DNA of 61,974 nucleotides, filler included, from Dirinaria sp. TL-2023a (GCA_051941275.1; 16 parts of 16 records of this genome joined end to end with filler, not necessarily neighbours in it), one strand, 5' to 3'; counted from the whole stretch's first letter, positions 1 through 11,667 are shown. Made by a program: numbers and translations. Notes: generated by a model not told the origin, from the sequence alone.

Positions 1-975
1 CGTTTTATCTATCTATCTGATCCTATCCCTATCAAATCAAACAAAATTTCAAGAAATTCCCTCGGCGTCTTTTCTTTCTTCTTGTGTCGCTGCGCTTCGT
101 GATGCGAGGAGAAGGATGTAGTTCATAACGATAAGAAAGAAAGAGTCCTGGAATAGTCGACGATTTGATTCATTTTCTTTCACGACTTCGTCAAACATGC
201 TGCTCTATTAGTTTGGTGGAGAATTTTGGAACGCTGATCATGCATGATCGTGAGTCACCGCTTCGCCCAATCCGAGGGCTGGAAAGACAGGTCTGCAGTG
301 TCTCAAGAAGAGGCAGAACTCTTTCTGCTGGATGATACTGTTGTATTTGTCTGCAAGTAATTTTGTAGTGATCTTTGGAAAAAAACGTTCTTGCCTAATT
401 GGATGTAGAAATATTCACTAAGCTGCAAGATTGGTGATATTTCCTCAAAGGATTAGAGGTGATTGAAGGACTTAGTAGATCGTTTGCGAAAGGTGCTGAA
501 GCAAATTGAAGAAATGTATACTTTACTATATGATAGACGATAGAGGCAGGAAAATCCGGCCATAATACCACGGAAGAATTAGCAACCCATTCGAGAGTTT
601 CCTGTTCGTAAAGTCACCCTTCCAGAGGAGCAGATCTCCGTCGACTGCCTGTTTTGCATGAGTGGAGTATGCGTTGATACACAACTCCGTCTGCAGCCTT
701 AGTTGTTATTACTGATATCTTTCTATTCTTGCTGAACGTATTTGGCCAACGCTCATCCGTCCGACGAATTTGCGCTCGAGGAGAACAGTAAAACTCACAG
801 CTGCATAATGTATCTCTCGAAAACCCGTAATCTATTGAAGAAACTCCTATTGACAGAGTTCCAGCTCATCTCACTACGCTGAAGGAAATCGTTATTCCGT
901 ATCACAGGAAAAAAAGCACCATGCGCATCTGCGACACGTTTCCACCAGGCTTTTTGAGTGACAACAGCATCGATG

Positions 976-2127
976 TCAGACACTACCCTCAGTGGTAGTT
1001 ACACTAGCCTCGATGTTATTGATCTTACTAAATGTACTCCTATTGTCGGAGTTAGTGGCTGAGTCAGCTCGATCTTTCTCTACTCCCGCCATTGAAACTT
1101 CATTGATTTCACGATTCAGTGGAATAAGACGACCGTGATTCCTGCTGTGCATATATCGACTATACCGAATATTAAAGTTCTTCAACAAGTGTGCGATCAA
1201 GGGTCGAAGGGAGGGAAGAACTGCAGCGATGAAGTAGGCCCCTGGCTCGACGCAGATCCACATATGGTTAGGCACGACATCCCAAGTCGGATCGGAGAAG
1301 AACTTGCGGGTGAAGAAGGTGGCAAAGTGAATGGCGGAAGTGACGATGCCACTGCAGAGCAAAGATCAGTTATCAGCAGCAAAATGAGGCAAAGTAGAGA
1401 ATGAGCATCATACATGCTGCCAGTTAGAAAGGTCAGACTTAGACCGACTTTCTGACTCGTTCCAATATGAAGCTTCCATACCAGAGGCAAAGACAGGATG
1501 AGCATTATTATATCCGTGATCAGGTTCGGTAGACTAGCCCAGCGGTACGCGCCTATCAAATCGCCAGTGGCCAGGAATAGTTTTATCCCAATTGTAACGG
1601 ATTGGCTTGCACATAAGTATACCCATCAAGCATGCTGTGAGTCAGTTCAAAATCATGATTATGGCAATTGCGTACACGGCGCAGCGAAGCCGTCGTTGTG
1701 CGAAGACTCGCAGATATAGACACAGAATCGCCATTTTCGGAAGTGAGACCGAGAGTGGATAGAGGAAGTATTCCAAGAACAAAATTTTTAGAAGAACCTT
1801 GAAATTGTCGGGTGTTGCAGTGATGAAGTGACGTCCAGCTCCAGCATACTTTACAAGCACTGCGTATGAAATTATGAGCGCTCGAACGGGTCATATTTGG
1901 ATAGTGGCTGACGGACCAGCGCCGTTAATGACATGGCTGAAGCATCCAAGATAAGCCGGAGGAATGAGCCAGAAGTCAACACCATTGAGCGTTCTCGCGA
2001 ATGCGCGTGCCCAAATAAAAAGTGCGAGAAAGATTGTCTTGAGGATACCGAATGCGATGATCAACTTGACTAGCTGCTGACTGCGGTTGTCGGCGAGATA
2101 TGCCGATGTGGGGTGATTCAGATCCAT
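976..2127 (-). pseudogene. Disrupted PTH11-like (fungal rhodopsin-domain) integral membrane protein without CFEM domain
   Basis: Three exons (introns 1916-1860 and about 1412-1353) give DFWLIPPAY..GAGRH..SLPKMAILCLYLRVF..CKPIRYNWDKTIPGH..PNLITDIIMLILSLPLVWKL..WICVEPGAYFIAAVLPSLRPL, the family signature. Exon 2 has an in-frame TGA at 1644-1642 and a frameshift near 1565. Confidence 0.85.
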
Positions 2128-3844
2128 GCTTGTAGGTGCAAGAGTTTCAGCAGCGATGTCGAATGTATCATGCAGAATTTGAAGAACTCAAGAAGAACAA
2201 GTTCAGTGCTTTTGAATGTTTGTATTATTGCTGGGCCACCACATCGATTGGAAAAGGGCAACTCACCTTCTGAAACTTGCACGCGTGCAGCAAGGTGGTA
2301 CAGCATGCGTCCCGAAAACCATACCATCGAAGTGTCATCAGGTATGCTATCTTCCTACAGCAAAGTCAAGCGAAAAGGGATCAACACGGCGTAGCAATGC
2401 GGGGCATGCATACGCGGCCAGTCCAAGCAAGTCATTTCCTGTCAGTTGGTCCACGGAAGAGAAGCAGAGAAACAACGCTTCCTTGAAACGAGGCTACTGA
2501 TGAGGCGCCGATGTATTGGCAAAATTTACCTGAAAGAAGTGTTCAACGACCACGAGCTGTCAAGGATCCATAAATGGGACGCGGGAATGCATTCGAGATT
2601 CCGCGATATCTACTGGAGAAGACTTGAAGTCGATAACGGTTCTCCGAGAAAGATTGCTCGGCCCAATCAATATACAGTTTAAATCGTTATAGGTATCATG
2701 AAAATCTTCATCAACTCGCTTGCAACCCGCAAAGCGAAGGTCATTGTCTCCGATCAGCTCGCTAGCCAGACTGTCAGTCATATCGACGTAGCGATATATT
2801 CTGCATCGACAGCGTCGACTATTTAATCTGCTCAACGTATTGGTCAGGTTCCACCTTCAACAGCATGGTCCACAGGACTTACACGGAAGAAAAAGAGGCA
2901 GCAGTTGCAGATAACTCTTAGCAATGCAGACACTAATCAAGACGGTCAAGGAGAATAAGGCGACAGCGGCGGCAGGAAAGAAAGTCAAATTGAATGCCCC
3001 GCGGAAGAAGGATGTGTTACAATGGCGGATAAATCCGATCATTTTCGTTATCGCCATAGGCTGCTAAGGTGCAGGTGATTCTCGTGATAGATCCTTCTGG
3101 GGTTCCTACGTAGAACCTCAGATAACCTTAGCCCCCAAGCTATTTCACATATCATACTATGCTTGAACAATCACCAGAGATTACCCAAACAAAAAGTGCT
3201 GAACCGTGCCAAAAGCACTTCAGTCTAATACCATCTGGATCCATGCGGCAACTAGTAGGAATTCCATGCATGAGAACCTATAGTAAAGGCGCATGTAGGC
3301 GGAGCTGTAGGAGGTGGAGGCGGTGTACCAGGTGCTCAGTCTGCGTTTCCGAGGTCTCAAGTGTTAGTCATTCGAAACATTATCATGAACCCCACGGACC
3401 TCGATAATGCCCCAGATAAGCTTACCGCCTGGATTTACCCAACCATACATAGAGTAGAAAGCGGATGCATGCAAGCCTGCAATAGAAGGTGTAAATAGAA
3501 GACAGAGTATGTGGGGAGATGCATGTGAAGTGATCAGGCACTGAATTTGCCTTTCCCGGGTTTCAAATGCAAGTCATCTAAAGCATCAACATTAACTTGA
3601 CATACCTTGATGATCCTGCCGATCAGTTCATCGCCTGGATTTAGGCAAGCAGGTGGTAAAAGGTGCATGTAGAAGGCAGCGCATATAGAGAGACGGTAGC
3701 GCATATAGGGAGACAGTGATAACACGGCACACAGTGCACAGCTCCAGATTTCCAAACATAAGTCATCTGAAACATCAATATGAACTCTCCGTACCTCGAA
3801 CATTCTACCAGTATCGGTGTGTTATCTAGCCCATCATGGCAAGT

Positions 3845-3944
3845 NNNNNNNNNNNNNNNNNNNNNNNNNNNNNNNNNNNNNNNNNNNNTTAATTAATTAA
3901 NNNNNNNNNNNNNNNNNNNNNNNNNNNNNNNNNNNNNNNNNNNN
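3845..3944. other. Artificial contig spacer, first of 15 (others start at 7761, 11668, 15574, 19474, 23369, 27260, 31133, 34999, 38863, 42724, 46582, 50435, 54287, 58136)
   Basis: Identical 100-bp unit N44-TTAATTAATTAA-N44, which has stops in all six frames. The intervening segments decrease monotonically in length. Confidence 0.98.
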
Positions 3945-4014
3945 TCTCAAGGTACATACAGTATGTACACACGTATCGCGAATCCCCGAAGGAGAGAGAG
4001 GGGGGGAGGGGGGT

Positions 4015-5700
4015 TCAATAGATCCTGCGCGGATCCCAGCCGACTTTCCCCGCCCGTGCGGCGACGAAACATGCGAGGCCCATCACGTAGCAGAGGCCCG
4101 TGAACAGGATGAGCCCCCAGTAGCTGCCGCGCGAGACGGTGAGGATCTGTCCTGCGATGGGGATCCCGGTTAGGCAACTAAGGAGGGGGGGGGAGAGGGT
4201 TAGCTTGTTGTTGTTGTTGTTTGAATGCTTTTTCGGGAATGTGTGTGAAATGAGTATTCTGGGAGAATGATGGATAGTAGATGAACAGAGACAGAATGTG
4301 AAACGCGTCATTCTTGATAAGTGTATCCCAGGGGGACTGTGCGTAGGAGGACTGTGCGCAGAGGGGCCAAGAAAAAGGAATAATTTCAACATACCCGAAA
4401 CTCACGATCGTATACGATGTGGCATACCATCGTCCGAAAACCTCCGTCTCACACAGCTGTCCGACGCAGACCGGCGTCAGGCTGATATTGCTCCCGCTCC
4501 CGAAGCCGAACCACACCGCGAAAACGCACAGTTGCGCGATGTTGCCTCCGGCCGTCAACCACAGGCCCAACACGCTCACGAGACACATCGCGACTGTAAC
4601 GATCATGGTATTGAATCTTCCGATCTTATCGGCCACGTAACCCGGTAGCCATCGTCCGAAGACGGAGCCTGCGTTGATCACCGCCAGGATTTGGTAGGCG
4701 AATGCCGAGTTTATTCCTTCTCGCAGCGCGTACGAGGAGATGAACGAGAGCGGCACGAATAAGCCCCATTCGACGAAAAACACCCCCGCGGTGGTGAGCG
4801 CAAAGGTTTTGTTCTTCAATATGCGGAAGTCGGGCCATACGCTTCCTCCAAGCTTGGGAGGCAGACGTGCTCTTATCAGGATGTTGGCAATCAGAAGCAG
4901 GACGAGGAAGATCAACGCCATCACCAGCGATGCGTAGCGAAAGCCAATGCGCGGAAAGAGCGACTGCAGCATCAAAGGGAAAACGATGCCGCCGACGGAG
5001 CCCCCCGTGGCAGCAAGACCGGTTGCGTTTGCGCGCTTTTTGAGGAAGAAGTGAGCAATTGAGGCGACGGCAGGGGTAAAGATTAAGGAGGTTCCAAGGC
5101 CGCCGAGAATGGAGAATGTGAGGATAAAATGCCAGTAGGCTACACGGGATGATTAGCACACCAAATTCCGCCGAGTTGGAAGTAGAGGTAGCAAGATATA
5201 CCGCTGCTAAAAGCGACGCCAACCATTGCACTCAGCAAACACACCGTCCCAGCAACAACGATCCATCGGGGTCCCTTTGCATCGAATACCGGCCCGATTT
5301 GCACGCCGCAGAAGAAACCTAAGAAGACGTAGAGGCTGAAGATCCAGCCTACAGCGGAAGGGGAGTATGACGATAGCTGGTGAGTGGAGATATAGGCTTG
5401 GAAGGTGCCGATTGTATTCATGAGACCAAAAGAGGCCGTCATACCGGAGAAGGACCCGAACACAACGAGCCAGGCTCGTAAGCCTCCTTCTGGATAATAC
5501 ACTTCGTCCAAGGAAGAGTCGCTCTGTTGGATGGCTGGGAAGGCATTCGCCTGACATGACGGATTGTCATCGTGGCAATTGGCTCTGACCTCAACCTCCT
5601 TTCCTCCTGCAAATGCATCTATCTGCTGTTGGACATTGGTATCGTGATATTTTGTGTCCTGGCTGTTTGACCACTGCGAAAGCGTGCGGCGGCACACCAT
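4015..5700 (-). CDS. MFS monocarboxylate-porter family transporter (MCH5-like)
   Basis: Exons 5700-5202, 5139-4395 and 4177-4015 with GT-AG introns. Motifs [43 protein letters not shown] and about 12 hydrophobic segments. Confidence 0.92.
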
Positions 5701-6969
5701 TAGGTCGTGTCAAGGTTTATCTGTGGAGCAGATAGATAGGAAGCGCTGGCACCAGTGTTGCTCAGAAATTACTTCTCTTTAGGCTCTCGAGGAGTGCGAT
5801 TGTGTATTTGACTTGTGCCGTCGTTCGGGATATCGTCCTTGGTGCGAGTTGAGCTATAGTGGGTGGGGGATTGTTGCTCCATGAGGACATAGTATCCATG
5901 CTCTCTCCCATTCATTCACCCTTGCCGGACTTCCCAGCGCTCTCCCCACTGATTACTCCACCGGCGACCACCGTGCTTGTTGAAGGTAAAAGCATGGGAG
6001 GCCCAGCGTTGTGTTCTCCAGAATGCATCATCATCGTCGATTCGGGTATAAGGCGCCATCCTATTTGTTGCTGGATGGAATTGGGTAATAGTCTCCGTTT
6101 TCGGACGGCCGCTATCAATGACTTAATTAATTTATTTAGGGAGTAGTCGCCAGTAGTGTGGGTGGGAAAATTTTGTGCGGGTATGAGAAGTAGAGAGAGG
6201 CAGGTAGCGTGTAAGGGCACAGGGCAGGTGGCGACTCCAGCTTGCCGAATGCCGGTACCCATGAAGCACGACATTGGTGAATGGTCCCGACGCTTGATGC
6301 AGGATACTCGAGACTAAGGCACTGGATGTGGTCACTGTCAGTCCAACTTGGCTGCGGGGGCGCTCGATCGCACGAACCGTTACGAAGTGGTAAACTCTAG
6401 CCAAGTCGACTGCTTTTGTGGTGGATAGAATTATGAGGTCAATCGAGTCAGAAATAATGTAAGTAATAATCACAGAAAGGACAGCAAATCCGGGATCTCG
6501 GTAGAAAGGACGGAAATCGGCCGCGAGAGGGCTGGAAGCATCATCAAAGCAACGAATTAGTAGATGTGTAACTATGCGAGTATGCGTGATAAACAAGAAC
6601 CTGAAGTGTCAAATCACGAAGAGAGCAAAATTTCGAGCATTGAATGGCTTTTCTATGGTGCTATTATTAATGTATCCTATGAGCCGCTCAAGTTGATGTC
6701 AGAGGGCGCTCGACAAAATGTGTGTAGCAAGTAACAGAAGTCCAAGAAAATGCCAAACAATGTCCTGTCGATGCCTAAATACAAGTTATCTGGTTGCGAA
6801 ATGCTTTCCCCCCCTTCCATCTCCATTAACGTCGTGACCCTTTTGTAGATATGAATACCCAACATGAATCCAAACTTTCTCTCATCCCCACACCTAATCC
6901 CCCGAAATTCGGTCGAATGTAGAAGGAGAGCGTAGGCTCGAACGCATAGCAAGCAGCGATAAGGACCGC

Positions 6970-7380
6970 TTACAGCATGACGAGACCGCCAATGACAACA
7001 ACGGCGGCACCAGCCACACCCTTGCTCCAGGCCAACGCATTGCCGGCACCCCGGAATGGCGATGGGCTTGGTGCAACAACGCCGGTGCCGTTGGTGGATG
7101 GCTTTGGGGCACCAGACGAGACGGCAGTCGGGCCGCGGATCTGGCCGTCGGTGAACTGGGACAGAGGGGCGACAGTGCTGGTGCTGGTGGTGCTGATGCG
7201 AGTAGGAGCCTGGATCTGGCCGTCGGTGATCTGGGAGACAGCGCGGGCAGTGGTGCTGGTGCTGGTTACAGCGGTGGCCCGGGTGCTGGCCTGAAGCTGG
7301 CCGTCACTGATCTGAGAAGCTTGACCCATGGCGAGGGCAGCGAAGGAAGCGGCAACGAGGATTTTCTGGATGGTATACAT
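6970..7380 (-). CDS. Small PIR-repeat, probably GPI-anchored cell wall protein (136 aa)
   Basis: Signal peptide; three PIR-type repeats SQISDGQLQ, SQITDGQIQ, SQFTDGQIR; Ser/Thr-rich linkers; FRGAG followed by a hydrophobic C-terminal tail. Confidence 0.9.
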   Translation of the reverse strand: MYTIQKILVAASFAALAMGQASQISDGQLQASTRATAVTSTSTTARAVSQITDGQIQAPTRISTTSTSTVAPLSQFTDGQIRGPTAVSSGAPKPSTNGTGVVAPSPSPFRGAGNALAWSKGVAGAAVVVIGGLVML

Positions 7381-9708
7381 GGTGATTTGGTTTTTTTTGG
7401 TGGTGGGAGGAGGTTATATTAGCGGAGTTAATATGTAGAGCGAATGGTGATGATCGTCGAGTGATCAGAAGCGACTGTAAGTTTTTGCAGAAGACAGACG
7501 ACTTTGCAAATGAGAAGGAGAGAGGGGTTTCTCGTAAGAAGAGTGGATGCAAAGTGGAAATAAAAGGAGAAGGAAGGAGGAGGAATGTAAGAGAAAGGCT
7601 CTTGTTTATCTATGAGCTGCAACGGCACAGTAAGCGTGCCTCAAATTGCCCACACCCACCGCCCATCGTAGCATCTCCACTACCCCCCGCCACTCGCCCT
7701 AGCAACCAATCTGCTCCAATCCCAGCCCGCCTTTCACTTGATTAGCTCTCATCCAGACCCNNNNNNNNNNNNNNNNNNNNNNNNNNNNNNNNNNNNNNNN
7801 NNNNTTAATTAATTAANNNNNNNNNNNNNNNNNNNNNNNNNNNNNNNNNNNNNNNNNNNNGACAGCGTGTGAAGCACTTGATACGACAAAGCAACATAAG
7901 TCTCGTTTTATTCTCGAGTCGCGAGAATAACTAACTCGACAAATCTCTCGACTGAGACTACGTGAATATCGATCGACTCAGACGCAGTTAATTCTTGACG
8001 ATATTTTCAAATACGTTCAAATCATTGAATATTCGAGTTCATTTTATCGAGTCAAGATAATTTAAAAATCATATCGTACTCACGCATGTTCATCGCATGA
8101 AACTCGCAGCGACTTTTCTTGCGAGTTTCAGCGTCATCGATCAATGCGATTGCTAACTCATGAATTTCATAAAAGTTAACACTGCGATTATTCACGACTT
8201 GAACACGTAACGAAAAGAGAGTATTTTCGAGTAACTGAGCGTCTTTAACGAATATTTGCGACACAAAACTTCTCTCAACTCTCGAATCAATAAGACATTT
8301 AATCTCACGAATATCATGAGACGTGTTGACATAAAAAATTCAAATAAAAGTTCTTGATCGTCTTCGAGATGATTTTATCTTTAATGCTGTGACGACAAAC
8401 ATTAGATTTTCGCTTTTTTCGTCTCAGAGTCGCGACGATTTCGTCTCTTCACATACTTTGAGTACTTCGAACACGTAGAGTCGCTAGTATTGTGATCAGA
8501 CTGATCACAAATATAACATCGAACATCGAAAGAAGCGTCAGAAACGCTTTCAGAGACTTCGCTTCGCGAGCGATTCTGAGAGCGATTTTCGCGATCACGA
8601 GAGAAGTTGTTTCGTTCGCTTTTGTCTCGTCTCGCGTGATTCTTTGACTGATTCGATTCGTTTGACGATTTGAAGTTATCATTATTCTCAGTTGCAGCGA
8701 ACGTGTTATCACGTTTTTGCGAGGATTTATTATCTTCACGACTGCTTTTACTCGTGCTGTTATTATTGAAAGAAGTATCAGACTTGTTTAACGATCTCAT
8801 ACTGCGTAAACGATGCTCTATTGTTATATATTCTTGACGCATCTCATTAACATTCTCGTGAGACATGTTGATCGTTTGAGACTCATAACGAATCTTATTC
8901 AAGATCTTGATTCGCAGATGTATAATTTTAATAGCATTCGACGTCTCTCGATTCAATTGATGATACAAGTTTTTCAGATAAATGACAAATTCGTTTACAC
9001 TTTGAGTAAATCGTTGTTTTGTCGATTCGATTTTCATTTCGATTTCAATGATGCGAATCTCGAGCGTGATTAGTCATTCTCGCACGTGAGTAACAAAATG
9101 ATCTCAGATAAAAAGATCTTCAATCTCGCTTGCATGAGTACGTCACTCATCTCGTCGCTTGTCGTTAAATCGAGATGCAGCTCAAGCGATCTTGTGATTC
9201 TCTGTGAGATAATTCAATATATTATCACGAAATCAATTCTCACAGTCTACGAATCAAATGCGAAAATTGTTGATATTGATGACATTCTGCACTCTTGACT
9301 CTTTCACACGAGTGTTCATTTTGCGTTTGTCTCGCACTCTCTCGCGATAATGATTATCGCTATGTTCACGACGATATACGCGAAGACGTTCTTTCGCGAG
9401 CGATGTTTTGACTTCAGCGAGCTCAGCTCTAACTCGTAGAAGTTGCATTTGCATGTTCTCAATCGAAGATTATATCGTAGCTGTCGAAATAACGATAAAA
9501 TTGAATTCATTGTGCGTCGCAGAGACATCGTTAGCTTCGTCTTGCGACGCATTTGCGATGTTATTTTCTTTTTCAGCGACAGTGTTGAGTTGATCATTCG
9601 AGTTCGTGAGTTCTGACGACTTCGAAATATGTCGCTGACGAAGTTGTTGACGTGTCGTGCGATCGCTTTCAGTAAACATCGTTTCATCGAGCAACTTCGT
9701 GCAGACGA

Positions 9709-9720
9709 AGTTATTAGAAT
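9709..9720 (-). promoter_or_regulatory. Putative self-priming primer-binding site
   Basis: ATTCTAATAACT follows the LTR instead of a tRNA-type TGG. Its CTAATAACT is the exact complement of AGTTATTAG at 9873-9865 inside the LTR. Confidence 0.7.
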
Positions 9721-10110
9721 TGTGAGATGAAGAGTCTCGTTTAAGAGAGCTGCGTAGTAGAAACGAAGCTACAGACGAGACACAGACACATCGCGTGAAC
9801 GCGAACGACGATTTTTGCTAACGAGTGCGAGGGACAAAAGAGCAGATTGCTTTTATTGCTAAGACTAATAACTGAGAAGCTCAAAAAAAGTGAGCGACTC
9901 GTTTCTTTATTCAAATACGCTTGCTTTTTCTTTGCTATCTTGATCTCTAAATTCGACCTCGCGCTAGACTCTATCGAAACGCTCTAAACGAGATTGACGT
10001 GGCTCTAACTCGCGCTTCAATAGCAAGCGAGGTCAGTTATCACGAGAGCTATCTTGTCTTTCAAGCAGGCGAGGCTGACGTGCGACGCTCCTGAGGCCAA
10101 AGTCGTCACA
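9721..10110 (-). repeat. 5' LTR (390 bp) of the gypsy element
   Basis: The minus strand begins TGTGA (10110) and ends TCACA (9721). AATAAA at 9857-9852 and an A/T-rich TATA-like stretch near 9915-9903. It lies directly upstream of gag. The second LTR is not in the window. Confidence 0.8.
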
Positions 10111-11667
10111 ATCACGAATAAAACGCTAAAACAGCTTGCACGCGTCGTTTTAACACAGATAAAATTATTGTTCGAGAGATGGATTTAAAAGAGTGTTCAG
10201 TCGACGCATTTCAAAAAAATCGTCATTATAATATTGCGAAAATCGAGCAAAAAAAAATTACACAGATTTCTCAGCATATAAATTTATAGCTTTTCTCGAC
10301 ACATTGAGTAAGACACTAAAATTTATTATCTCGAAACGTCTACGTTACGTCGTCGAGAAACAGAGCACATTATCGAATACGCAGATGAGATTTAAAAAAC
10401 ATCGATCGATGAACACAGCATTATAACTCATAACGAAAAAAGTGCATACGATATAAAACGAAAACAAAAAACGCGTGACATTATTAATAAATTTGAACGT
10501 TTTCGAAACATTCGATAACGTATCGCACGTCAGATTGTTTCACAATATGCGCAAGCGAAAGATATCGACACATCTGTTGACATGAGTGAAAGATTTTCTG
10601 AAGAAACGTCGAATCACACTGACTATTGACGATTACACGCAAACGAAACGTCAAGTGACAATTGAAATATCTCAAAAATCTTCGCTCTCATCGACATTTT
10701 ATTTGTTTTATGACGCAGATTTATTTGAAATGTGCGACGACATACGATTTCGAATTAGTGTTACAGAATTTGTCGACGATATCAACATACTAATTTATAG
10801 CGAGTCGACGAAACGCAATTGTCATCTGTTGAAGAAGATATATGACAAATGCAAACAATGAGCACAGAGACACGACTCAAAATTTTCGAAACGAAAACAC
10901 GAACTGATTCACTTCTCGAGAACTTTCAAAAGATTCAACATGAGCGTCAGCATCAAATTAAATGAAAATGAGATGAAAATCAAATTCGATATCAGAGTGT
11001 TTGAAATGCAACTGAACTCAAAATTGCGATGAAGATTACATCTGCGTGAGATTGAGACGAAACTCGTCGTGAGACACAAAATCACACAAATAATTATCGA
11101 CTTCACATGAGATTCGACAATAACAGCAAACAAACGCATATATTTCGCAGCGTCGCGTTTAGCGATCAGTCACGAAATAATCGTTTGATACACGTCGACG
11201 AATATCAAAAATCATAAAAAGACGATCGATGCGAAATTTCGCTTTATACAAAACAGAGAGTTTCGTCAAATTACAAACGTTTATAAAACGACGTCAACAA
11301 ATACATTACAGATAGAGATCAACACGACGCTCATCGATATTCATCTCAAAAAGCTGTTTCAGAGATCAATAATAAACATGAACGCAAAAGACTGAAAAAA
11401 AAAACGATTGAAACAACGATGACACGCATAAAACGCGATATAAGCTTTAGAAAAAATCGTAAATCAAAGCTCAAAGCGACGTCACTCAAGCTCAAAAAAA
11501 ATAAATGCGTCAAACATTGAGTGAAAAATTTACGTCACGACGACAGATTTGTATCGCGACATCATGAGCGAAGTTTTCGAAAATAGTTATTCAAAATGAG
11601 ACATTAACAATAAAAAATCACAACGCGAACAAATCAAATTCATATTGAAGAATTTACTCGAACGAAA
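10111..11667 (+). mobile_element. Tad-like non-LTR retrotransposon (LINE) ORF2 reverse transcriptase relic, hypermutated
   Basis: Translation with stops and frameshifts gives ILRKSSKK.YTDFSAYKFIAFLDTLSK (ancestral LRKPGK.DY...AYRPIALL.TLGK), TFDNVSHVRL, EISQKSSLSSTFYLFY (ancestral GIPQGSPLSP.LYLFY) and EFVDDINIL (RT active site). Confidence 0.9.

Larger units (their letters stand above)
7861..10110 (-). mobile_element. Ty3/gypsy LTR retrotransposon, 5' part (LTR, PBS, gag, protease), hypermutated and cut by the contig end
   Basis: The gag frame about 9679-8402 has several stops and the knuckle CYICDQSDHNTSDSTC. Protease relic KCLIDSRVERSFVSQ (ancestral DSG) near 8300 and YDMIFKLS*L (ancestral DxILGxPWL) near 8060. 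Confidence 0.9.

Noticed and set aside
7861..11667. Short Gly/Pro/Trp-free ORFs as novel proteins, or TGA as a reassigned Trp codon
   Set aside because: They are fragments of mutated gag, protease and RT. Host genes in the window use TGG for Trp and TGA as stop.
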